Of a DNA stretch of 64,000 bases, positions 27,866-40,440 are shown in pieces. Each line of letters opens with the position of its first letter. The first letter of the stretch is position 1. Location of the stretch: NCBI RefSeq assembly GCF_009914755.1, contig NC_060931.1. One strand, 5' to 3'. The position numbers and the translations under genes are program-made. The DNA is from the human T2T-CHM13v2.0 reference genome, Homo sapiens. The notes below the pieces were generated by a model. The model did no database searches. It saw only the letters and a list, made by a program, of their open reading frames with translations, and was not told where the DNA came from.

Positions 27866-30800
27866 AAGTAACAGACAAATATATGTACGCATATTATATA
27901 TATACTTATATAAAACATAACACACATTTTTAATTCTGTATGATGTAATTATTATGCTGACTGAAGTTTGGGAACCATGGCATTACATATCCCAATGTGA
28001 AAACACTGTTAATGCAGAAAATACAAATTTCAAAATGCTGCATATGTGAGAATATTATTTTTCTCTTCAAAGAGCAATGTTTATGAGTGAACCATTTTTT
28101 TAAAAATAAATCATTCAAGGGTAATATTTTAGAATTAACTTTGTTCAGTCAGAAAATAATGTTGAACATTTTCACATAACTACATGTATTCCAAAAGAAA
28201 TGCATGAGTAACTAATGCTTATGTGGAGGGAGAAGCAACGCAGAGGATATAATTAGTTCCAATTAGCCATGCCAGGGGATTACTTTCTAGGTAAGATTAC
28301 CTATAATGAGGTGATTAACCTCTTTGGAAAAAGTTCAAGCCAGGCTTACCTTCTACTTAATATGTCCTGTAAAGAAGTGTTACAACGAGGGTCCTCACAA
28401 TTGTTCCCTGGGATAATTGCCACCAAGAATCAATTGATTCTATTCCAGAAGAATCAAAAAGCATTCTTATTGTATTATTGATAGAATGAATCCTAACACA
28501 TCTATATATTAGAAATTAAGTATTTAAATTTCATATCAAATTAACTAAACTATATGGCACGGATTTTATTTATACTAACAAAACAGCAATTGAACTCTAG
28601 TCAATTCCAAATACAGATCTATCGGCTATCTATGAACATCAAAGGGGAAGAAAATTCTATCATTGATATTGGTTAAGGTCACAGGCTTATTTCCAAAAAT
28701 AGACTGTCCATTGTCTAATTAGTTTAGAGGGTCTCTTCTGTCTGCAGCACACAATTGAATTTTGTTGCAGTTGGAGAGGCTGATGCTAACCTAGGTGGCA
28801 GGGCTGAACACAAGGGAACAGAAGCTTCAGTGTTTTCACCATAAAACACGAGATAAATTGAGGATAGGGATTTTGGAAATAATAGATTTAACTGTTGTCC
28901 AAGCTTATCTGCAGTTTCTTCCCTTTAAACTAAATTGATAGTTTACTTATTATGGACTAATTAAAATTATTATATATAATATTATCTATGTAATATATCT
29001 GTTACATATATATATTGTTGTCAGCTTATAAGGAACAATAAATAATTTTCTTTGTGTTTTAATTTAACAAATACTTCCTGAAAGTTTGCGTGTAGGCATA
29101 CAAGCTACAACAATGAGTAGAAATTTTTTCTAAAAGTGGTTTTTTACTGTTTAATACTCTTCCCTATAAGAAAATACTTAAACTTGAATTATTCTTGTAA
29201 TCTTGTGGACATCTCTGAATTAATTACTGTTACTTTACAAATCTTGTTTCTTTATTTGTTGTCCTAGAAGTATTTGTATGTGTGTGTATATAAAATTTTT
29301 GCATAGACCACATGCAAATTCATGTAAAGTAATAATACAAACCCTAGGAATCGAAAGGCAAAATCAAGGGGAAAATATTTAAAATATTTGCATGGAAATG
29401 ATAATAATAAAATGTAAGTGTCTTGCAAACAGAAACTAGAAATAAATATTTCTGTTTTATTTAAATTAGAGCATATACAATCAAGCCTTACTTCAGCATG
29501 TATCTGTTAGAGCTCAATGGTCACCTTAATTTGGGAGCCCCAGGAAATATCTTCCCTCTGTAAAGTTACAAAGTAGAATTTTTCTCTGGTTTATATTCTT
29601 CTGTGGAATTTACGATTATCTAAGCTCTCTCTGATCCCAAGTTCCATTTCTTCATTTACCTTAGATTCTAAAAATCTAGGCCTTAGCTGAATGCCCATCA
29701 AATAAACAGGGCTCCTTAGTAAATGTTTGCAGACAAAGGAAACAACCAAATCAATAGCAGATAAGCAGTATTTTATCCAAGCTTCAGAAACTTTATTAAT
29801 ATTTTTTGTTACTTCACTGCAGTGGCAAAAATAAAAAATGAACAGGAGAATAAAAAATGTGGTGTGAAAGAAGAAAGAGAGTGAGGGGCAAAAAAGGAAG
29901 GGAGAAAAGTTATTCCCTTCTTTATTCATCCTCCAGTCCTCACTCACTCTATTCCAAAGAGCCATCTTACAAACATGATTTTAAACAGCCTGGATACAGA
30001 AGTAAGTGTTCTGGTTTTATTAATGGTGCCAAGAAATGATGCAGGAAGCTTCAGGTGAATTGAAACCCCCTGCATGAGAACACACACAGTCCTGACTCAT
30101 TTAACCGTTCTCATTTCTACCTGCTCAGATCCAACAAAGTATTTAAGCAAGTCTCAACATACAAATAAAAATATATGAATCGAGGAGCATAGTAAATTAT
30201 TTTAAAAGCTTTACATTAGGAATACACACATAGAAGAGCACATATAATTGTAAGAGATTTATATAAATATGATAAAATGAAAACTCTTAGCAAATATATA
30301 TGTATACAAATATATAAATCGATGCATCACAAATACATATATGTATACACATATATACATCTATATATTTACCTATTTATCTGTACACTATATGGTTTAT
30401 AGGCAAACCGTAATTTAGTCATATGGAAAAACTGGCCTCATGATAATGCTTACACACACAAATTTCAAAAATTTCATTTAAATGATATAGCAAAGTATTC
30501 TAAGTTAGAATGAAAAATGAGTATGTTTCTTCTTTAAAAACACATCAATTCATTCTAGTACACAGAAACTAAAGACATAAAAGTGCTTTAGGACATGAAA
30601 CTCTCATGAAGATATGATTCTCTTCAAAAGGTCCCTGCACAACACCACTATTTCTAATAAAACTGATTTTATTCAAAACACTAAAAATGACAAACATTTA
30701 ACTTTTAATTTCAGTAGTCCTGTTTACCTAGTTGGCTAATAAAAGATAGTGACATATACACAAGGCAGAAGTGTGCCTTAAAACATGATAATAATTTACA

Positions 30801-31585
30801 TTTTTAAATGAAAAAAATTCAGTCTACAATAATGAACTTGTCTTGACTGAGGCAAAAGTGAGGTCAAATACCTGAATGATGACATTGTGATATACTTCAT
30901 CCTTTCTTTACTTTCACTGTTTTTAATAGATTGTGAATGTCAGTAATTTAAAAATCAATTGTACTCCTGAAATAACAGTTTAATTCCTAAAAGTTTAAAG
31001 TGAAAGAAAACATGAATTCCTACAAATGTGATTCTACAAAGATACATGTTAAAAGCCTTCAGAGGAAAATAAATACAAATATCTTCTATATTCTATTTGC
31101 TATGTCATACCTGACTCAAAAATATATGTAAGATACACATTTAAGAGAATATCTCATGAAATTGATTGGATGCCAATTTTCAATTGGCTTTTTTCATTTG
31201 TACATTAAAGATTCTTACAGAAGATCAAGAAAATTATAAATATGAATACATCAACAGAATATATCATCATGATGTAAGACAATTTGAATTGCTCTGGAAC
31301 TTCAAAAGCATTTTGTTGAATTCACAGAAATAATTTCTCAATGGTACTTTATATGGTAAGTAAAAATATTTGGCTTTGATATAGCATTTTTCTGTCACTA
31401 CTGAAATATTTTATTTTTAACTTCTCATTATATTCTAGAACTTTAATGGAATTTTTATCTCTAGATAACAAATGGCAATTTTGTGTTCTATTAGTCTAGT
31501 CTGTGGGCTTTTCTTTGTCTCTATAGCAAAATAGAAAAAAAATACACAGGTTTGATTTTTCTATTCTTAGAAATGATAATTTTCC

Positions 31586-33636
31586 ATATATATGGAATAC
31601 ATGTGTATACATACATATATATGTATGGAATACATGTGTATACATACATATATATGTATGGAATACATGTGTATACATACATATATATGTATGGAATACA
31701 TGTGTATACATACATATATATGTATGGAATACATGTGTATACATACATATATATGTATGGAATACATGTGTATACATACATATATATGTATGGAATACAT
31801 GTGTATACATACATATATATGTATGGAATACATGTGTATACATACATATATATGTATGGAATACATGTGTATACATACATATATATGTATGGAATACATG
31901 TGTATACATACATATATATGTATGGAATACATGTGTATACATACATATATATGTATGGAATACATGTGTATACATACATATATATGTATGGAATACATGT
32001 GTATACATACATATATATGTATGGAATACATGTGTATACATACATATATATGTATGGAATACATGTGTATACATACATATATATGTATGGAATACATGTG
32101 TATACATACATATATATGTATGGAATACATGTGTATACATACATATATATGTATGGAATATATGTGTATACATACATATATGTATGGAATATATGTGTAT
32201 ACATGTATGTATGGAATATATGTGTATACATACATATATGTGTGTATATATGTGTATATATACATATATGTGTGTATATATGTGTATATATGTGTATATA
32301 TACATATATATGTGTGTATATATGTGTATACATACATATATGTGTGTATATATGTGTATACATACATATATGTGTGTATATATGTGTATACATACATATA
32401 TGTGTGTATATATGTGTATACATACATATATGTGTGTATATATGTGTATACATACATATGTGTGTATATATGTGCATACATACATATATGTGTGTATATG
32501 TGCATACATACATATATGTGTGTATATATGTGTATACATACATATGTGTGTATATATGTGTATACACATATATGTGTGTATATATGTGTATACATACATA
32601 TATGTGTGTATATGTGTGTATATACACATATATATGTGTGTATATATGTGTATACATACATATATGTGTGTGTATGTGTGTATATACACATATATGTGTG
32701 TGTATATGTGTGTATATACACATATGTGTGCGTGTATATGTGTGTATATACACATATGTGTGCGTGTATATGTGTGTATATACACATATGTGTGCGTGTA
32801 TATGTGTGTATATACACATATGTGTGCGTGTATATGTGTGTATATACACATATGTGTGCGTGTATATATGTGTGTATATACACATATATGTGCGTGTATA
32901 TATGTGTGTATATACATATGCGTGTATATATGTGTGTATATACATATATATGAGTGTATATATGTGTATACATACATATATATGTGTGTATATATGTGTA
33001 TACATACATATATGTGTGTGTATATATGTGTGTATATACACATATATGTGTGTGTATATGTGTGTATATACACATATGTGTGTGTATATGTGTGTATATA
33101 CACATACATGTGTGTGTATATGTGTGTATATACACATATATATGTGTGTGTATATGTGTGTATATACATATGTGTGTGTATATGTGTGTATATACATATG
33201 TGTGTGTATATGTGTGTATATACATATGCGTGTGTATATGTGTGTATATACATATGCGTGTGTATATGTGTGTATATACATATGCGTGTGTATATGTGTG
33301 TATATACATATGCGTGTGTATATGTGTGTATATACATATGCGTGTGTATATGTGTGTATATACATATGCGTGTATATATGTGTGTATATACATATGTGTG
33401 TATATATGTGTGTATATACATATATATGAGTGTATATATGTGTATATATACATATATATGCGTGTATATATACGTATATATGCATGTATATATGTGTATA
33501 CATACATATATGCATGTATATATGTGTATACATACATATATGCATGTATATATGTGTATACATACATATATGCATGTATATATGTGTATTCATACATATA
33601 TACACACACATATGTATAAGCATACATATATGTATA
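31586..33636. repeat. Compound TA/TG/CA minisatellite (VNTR), about 2 kb
   Basis: 17 identical 33-bp units (31592-32152), then blocks of 30-, 32- and 28-bp alternating purine-pyrimidine units. Confidence 0.97.
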
Positions 33637-34392
33637 AGGAGAGTGATATTTTATATTTAGTCTTCAGTTCAATACCATCAACACATAAAGAATAATAAGT
33701 TGAAAATTGTATACTGCTGACATATAAATTGATAAGAAGAAGCACAAACTAATCTATAAGTAATCTCATATTATTTATTTGTAGGACACAGTGCTCAGGG
33801 ATTTATGTTAAAGAATTTTTGTTTGTTTTGCATTGCTGGTTCTTGAAGGTTATGTACGTAAAGGCTGAGAAAACTAAAAGGTATTAATACCTCAAATAAT
33901 AGTTATGTAGAATGAAGACTCACTCTACATATCACAGTTCAATCTTTATTGCATTTTTTGCACTATAAAAGCATAAACTATAAAGGTAGTAAGATATATA
34001 GAAAAATATAGAGAAGATAAATATACCATGAAATAGTAAATAACTTAAAGAATAAATACCTATTGAGTACACAGTATGTTCCACAAACTGTGTAGTTACT
34101 AAAGCCCAAGAAAGAAAAAGCAGAAAGTAGTACAGAAATAAATCACATACTTCTGACCAGGGGGCTGAGAACCTATCTTTGTTTCATTCCAAAAATTAGA
34201 GACCAGATACTTTGAAATAAGCTGCGTGGATTTAAACAGTATTATTGTGATCGCTGGCCATAAGTGCTTACTAGCTAACTTCTTTTAGTTTATTCTAGTA
34301 AAATGGTTTTAGGTGTTACACATTAAGAATTTGAATTGAATCACTGAAATCATGCTATGACTAGATTTTTAAGAAATCTTTGTAAGACCACC

Positions 34393-36678
34393 TGATACGG
34401 TTTGGCTGTTTCCCCACCAAATCTCATCTTGAATTTCCACATGTTGTGTGAGGTACCCAGTGGGAAGTAACTGAATCATGGAGGCAGGTCTTTCCCATGC
34501 TGTTCTCATGATAATGAATAAGCCTCACAAGATCGGATAGTTCTGTAAGGAGGAGTTTCCCTGCACAAGCTAGCTCTCTCATTGCCTGCCACCATCCACG
34601 TACAATGTGACTTGTTCCTCCTTGCCTTCCACCATGATTGTGAGGCTTTCCCAGCCATGTGGAACTGTAAGTCCAATAAACCTTTCTTTTGTAAATTGTC
34701 CAATCTCTAATTAATGTCTATCAGCAGCATGAAAACGGACTAATGCAATAAATTGGTACCAGTAGAATGGGGCACTGCTGAAAAGATACCCAAAAATGTG
34801 AGAGCAACTTTGGAACTGGGTAACAGGCAGAGGTTGGAACACTTTGGAGGACTCAAAAGAAGGCAGGAAAATGAGGGAAAGTTTGGAGCTATCTAGAGAC
34901 TTGTTGAATGGCTTTGACCAAAATGCTGATATTGATACGGACAATGATATCCAGGCTGAGGTGGTCTCAGGTGGAGATGAGGAACTGGTTGGGAACTGGA
35001 GCAAAGATGACTTGTTATGTTTTAGCAAAGAGACTGGTGGCACTTTGTCCCTGCCCTAGAGATTTGTGGAACTCAAGAGAGATGATTTAGGGTATCTGGA
35101 GGAAGAAATTTCTAAACAGCAAACCATTCAAGAGGTGACTTGGGTGCTGTTAAAGGCATTCAGTTTTATAAGGGAAGTAGAACATAAAAGTTCGGAAAAT
35201 TTGCAGCCTGGCAATGCTATAGAAAAGAAAATCCCATTTTCTGAGGAGAAATTCAAGCAGGCTGCAGAAGTTTGCATAAGTAATGAGGAGTCAAACGTTA
35301 ATCCCCAAGACAATGGGGGAAAATGTCTCCAGGGCATGTCAGAGACCTTTGCAGTAGGCCCTCCCATGATAGGCCCAGAGGCATAAGAGGAAAAAATGGT
35401 TTTGTGAGCCAAGCCCAGGGTGCCCATGCTGCGTGAAGCCAAGGGACTTGGTGTCCTGTGTCCCAGCTGCACCATCCATGGCTGAAAGGGGCCAACATAG
35501 AGCTCAAACCATAGCTTCAGAGGGTGCAAGGCTCAAGCCTCAGCAGCTCCCACATGGTGTTGAGCCTGAGAGTGCATAGAAGTAAAGAACTGGGGTTTGA
35601 GATCCTCTGCCTGGATTTCAAAGTATGTATGGAAACGCCTGGATGCCCAGGAAGCAGTTTGCTGCAGGGGCAGGACTCTCACAGAGAACCTCTGCTAGGG
35701 CAATGAGGAAGGGAAATGTGGGGTCAGAACCCCCACAATGCATCCCTACTGGGGCACCACCTAGTGGAGCTGTGAGAAGAGGGCCACCATCCTCCAGACC
35801 CCAGAATGATAGATCCACCGACAGCTTGCACCATGTACCTGGAGAAGCCCCAGACACTCAATGCCAGCCCGTGAAAGCAGCCAGGATGGGGGACTATACC
35901 CTGCAAAGCCACAGGGGCAGAGCTGCTCAAGGTCATGGAAGCCTACTTCTTGCATCAGCTTGACCTGGATGTGAGACATAGAGTCAAAAGGAGATCATTT
36001 TGGGGCTTTAAGATTTTACTGCCCCACTGGATTTTGCAGTTGTGTGGGGGCATGTAGCCCCTTTGTTTTGGCCAATGTCTCCCATTTGGAATGGCTGTAT
36101 TTACTCAATGTCTGTACTCCCATTGTATCTAGGAAGTAACTAACTTGCTTTTGATTTTGTAGGCTCATAGGCAAAAGGGACTTGCCTTGTCTCAAATGAG
36201 ACTTTGGACTGTGGACTTTTGAGTTAATGCTGAAATGAATTAAGACTTTGGGGGACTATTGGGAAGGCATGATTGGTTTTGAAATATGAGGACATGAGAT
36301 TTGGGAGGGGCCATGGGCAGAATGATATGGTTTGGCCATATTCCCACTCAAATATCATCTTGAATTTCCATTTGTTGTGGGAAGGACCTGGTGGGTGGTA
36401 ATTGGATCATGGGGGTAAGTTTTTCCCATGCTGTTCTTATGATAGTGAGTAAGTCTCATGAGATCTGATGGTTCTATACGGGGGAGTTTCCCTGCACAAG
36501 CTCTCTCTCTCTTTGCCTGCTGCCATCCACATAAGATGTGACTTGCTCCTCCTTGCCTTCTGCCATGATTGTGAGGCCTTCTCAGCCATGTGGAACTGTA
36601 AGTCCAATAAACCTTTCTTTTGTAAATTGTCCAGTCTCAGATATGTCTTTATCAGCAGCGTGAAAACAGAGTAATACA
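34393..36678 (+). mobile_element. Full-length THE1 (THE1A-like) MaLR element
   Basis: 5' LTR 34393-34747, internal region 34748-36322 with a polypurine tract before the 3' LTR, 3' LTR 36323-36678. TSD ccacc / ctgcc. Confidence 0.95.
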
Positions 36679-38944
36679 CTGCCAATACTTTTCCTATAAC
36701 TGGTTCCATTTTGCAAGTTACTTGGAAGTCCTTTTCAATGTTACATAGTTTTACACAAGGAATTCCACACTGCTTTGCATGTTTTTCTAAAATCATTATA
36801 CGCCTTTATAATTGCCCTTTTTAATGTTGCTTATTTTAGTATGGTAATAATTATTAATATCCTTTTTTTCAAAAAAGGAAGTATTTAAAGTCATCTCTCT
36901 AAATAGCACCATGAGAAGTATTATGTATGTGAATTATGAATGTAAATATGTTTATGAATACTAATTGACAATTTATATAAATATTTTAAATACCAATATT
37001 ATGTAATAAATAGTTTAAAATTCTAGTAGCATAAATATTTAGTTTTTTTTTTCTTGAGTCTAAAGGACTGGAAGTTTTTATTCAAATTCCGTTTGTTGGA
37101 AGAATATCTTAAAGTTTAGAAAGTTAAACAGCCTGCTTTCTTTTAACAGTTAACTTAGATTTATATAGAAATTTGGAAAGAATATGATATAAACCTTTCA
37201 ACTAGCACTCTCTTAAGCAACGGAAAAATCATTACCTTTCCCTGTTCTTTCAATTTCTGTCATAAGAAGCATAGAGAACAGAACTATATATTGTGGTAAT
37301 TAATTTCCTTAAGATAATGTTAGAAACATCATGTTCTTTAAAATATAAATGAATTTCAAGGTGAGCATGCTAGAGGATAATATTAATGGCATGTGATTTA
37401 TTGTGACAAGAGATCTGATCTGAAATACCATTATTAGGAGTACTTAAAAAAATCCATTTGCAAATTCCTGAAAATATGAAAGTGTGCTATGGCTGAGCCT
37501 GTCGCAATGTTGAAATCTGAACTATCTGCCATTGTAAGTATGAAATTGCTTGGGTACAATATGTCTTCCTCACAGAAATTCATCAGAAAATGTTCATATC
37601 CTGAATATATCACATTATGGTTTAGGGAATTGCCTAAATGCTTGAAATGATAACTGTAGACTTAATCTGCAAATGTATAGATTGAAACATACATGCCTAA
37701 TTGACGTGGTAATATATGGAATTCTGTGGCTGATCATTATCTTAAAAAATATTTGGCCAATAATACATTGAACATCTACTCTATACCTGGTTCTTGAACT
37801 CGCAATAGAAACCTGTGACTTTGTGTCATTTTAGAGAGCATTTTCTATGTTATTATCTCTAGCAAAGACTCCCTATAAGCTATTTATAAGCGAGGTTCAT
37901 TCATGACTCAAATTTGCAAAGAAGTTTTAATAAAGTTAGTTTTACATCTTATAAAAAACATTGAAGTTTACAAACACATTGTTATAAATGGCATCTAATC
38001 ACACACTGAGCAGTGAGGAATGTCACAAATTAGTAGAGCTATTAGTAATAAAAGATTAAATAGATATGTGAATAATAGGAGTCTTTATGAGTAAGAAGAC
38101 TTAAAAATTATTCTGCAGAAAGAAATTCATTAGCCTCTGATGCTTGAGAGAGGGTAATAAATATTGGCATTCTTACACATAGGTTGTCAAATATGATTAG
38201 CACATAAATATATTGATATATCTCTCTATAAAGCCTTTAATGAACTTTTTTATGTTAAACTCTCTAAGAGGTACACTCCAAAAGGTATTATCCAAACACA
38301 CTTTCGTTTTTTGCTTGAAACCTATTTTAATATATGAATATAAACTTCTTTATGAATATAACATAAATAATATATATGAATATAAATATGAATGCTTCAT
38401 AGAATGACATGTGGGAAAGCATAGACTACTCTATCTTATAATATGTTTTGTACACATTAATAGCTATATTCATTTTCAGGATATTTGAGGTGTATAATCA
38501 AGTGCTGAAATCTATACAGTACATATACTTTCACTGTTATGTCAATTTATTTTTACATGTGTTTCATGAACTGAAACTAAATCTTGTAAAATAAAAATGT
38601 CTATTCTAGGTACAAAGGCAACTTATAGTGCAAAATTTTAATTAGATTACTTTGATTTAATTTTGAAATGCACCTGGAGAAAAATTCAAACAGTACAATA
38701 AAGAAAAATACAGTTGTCACCACAACCACTTTGTTCCCATCTCCAGAAGCAACCAGAGTTATAAAATTTGTGTGAATTATTCTGAAAATATATGTACACA
38801 TATATATCCATATATGCATTTATTTCATTTTCTTTACGATAAAAAGTATAGTTTTCTGAACTATAAGAAAAAAGCAAATCATAAGGTCATGATTTATTTG
38901 TAGGGTAAAAAACAAATCAAGGAAATACCCAACATAGGTATTAG

Positions 38945-39275
<331 letters not shown>

Positions 39276-40238
39276 TCAATAGGTAAATTTAAGGAAAAAT
39301 TAGATACAAACTCATGAAACATTTGCTGTGATGATTTATGCATAAAGTAGTGCAATTTTAATATTTAGAAAACTATAAAACAATTTTGAAATAGTTTTTA
39401 ACAGCATTTTATTTATTGTGAACCTACATGGGAGAAGATTACATCAATGTACTCATGAGTGACAAAACTGAAATAAATTTAAGAATGTCCAGGTGCAGGT
39501 ATCTAATAAATGGTCTATAACATTTATGGCAAGATGTCAGCCAAATGCAGCGACAATAAAGCCCTTGGCTTTGAATATTAATAGATAAAGTCACTTAAAT
39601 ATCTATACAGAAATGCTAGTTATGGTTTTGTAGCTTTGTGAGCTGAATAGAGTGGAAATGAGTATAATTGAAGCAAAAGATAATTCACTTCTTCTGCCCC
39701 ACTTTTCTAGGGGAGTGAGGTGGAGAGAGCCATATTTCCTTCTAGAAATGGGGAAGATACGGAACCAAGGCTTTCCTGTTTCCCTGAGTAACTGTGAAGG
39801 TCAATGTCTACATTTTTGAAGAAAAAATGTTTGCCTATTGCTCTTATGAGGAAAGAAATTTTGTTCGTCAAGTCTTTTCTCCTTGAAGAAATGTCTCTAA
39901 AAATAATTTATATTGGTATTGATATTACTATAATTTCTTTTGATTTAGTTTAGGCCAATTTGAAGCTGATAGTCCAAAGATATATAATCCCTATGTAATA
40001 TACACTTAGCATTATCAAATCAGAACCCTGTGTTTTTCCTTGGGATCAAGGTTGATTGCTGTTCATATACGTCATGAAAACTTCCAGTGTGTCTTAAAAC
40101 TATTAATTTCATGTTTTACTTGAAATCTTTCTTTATAATACATGAGAATGAAATAGAGATGACCCATTGCATTCCTCATTATAGTTTCATCACAACCTAA
40201 GAAAAATTTAATTCATTTATCCTACCATCTTAATATTT

Positions 40239-40267
40239 ACACACACACACACACACACACGCACACA
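40239..40267. repeat. (CA)n microsatellite; reads (UG)n in DGKB pre-mRNA
   Basis: (ac)11 gcacaca, about 110 nt past the exon's donor. Confidence 0.95.
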
Positions 40268-40375
40268 AAGCCTCATAAAGCCAGTAGATTATAAAATATT
40301 CTGTACCATCTAGTGATCTTTTTATGGCAAAATTCAGCAACTATATCTATAATTTCATCTCTTTTGTCACCTTAC

Positions 40376-40440
40376 CTACTGTTGAATTTCTCTGGGTGTT
40401 TTTCTCTCATGATGTGGAATCTGTGTGCAATGGAGGCATC
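40376..40440 (-). CDS. DGKB: Internal coding exon of diacylglycerol kinase beta (DAGK accessory domain), 65 nt, phase 0 in, phase 2 out
   Basis: The minus strand reads ctgtttttgttttctattttctccccttag|GAT GCC TCC ATT GCA CAC AGA TTC CAC ATC ATG AGA GAA AAA CAC CCA GAG AAA TTC AAC AGT AG|gtaagg. It has a strong polypyrimidine tract with AG and a GTAAG donor. The peptide DASIAHRFHIMREKHPEKFNSR is the type I DGK motif; from recall, HIM..KHP fits DGKB (DGKA has KYP, DGKG has HVM). Confidence 0.95.

Noticed and set aside
31200-31362. Possible plus-strand exon ending ATG|GTAAGT near 31355
   Set aside because: An isolated donor antisense to DGKB, with an ambiguous acceptor and no recognisable peptide. 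It needs RNA evidence.
31592-32152. Regular 33-bp repeats resembling a CRISPR array
   Set aside because: The units are head-to-tail with no unique spacers, there are no cas genes, and the context is primate DNA.
33481-33580. Four TGCATG (RBFOX) motifs in the VNTR
   Set aside because: They are on the plus strand, so they are absent from the DGKB pre-mRNA.
31496-33695. Overlapping 221-700 aa ORFs rich in Y/I/H/T/C/V/M on both strands
   Set aside because: Alternating purine-pyrimidine repeats cannot form stop codons, so the frames are open by composition. There is no coding evidence.
34506-36796. Cluster of 60-133 aa ORFs, two sharing DNLQKKGLLDLQFHMA
   Set aside because: Translations of the THE1 internal region and its two LTR copies.
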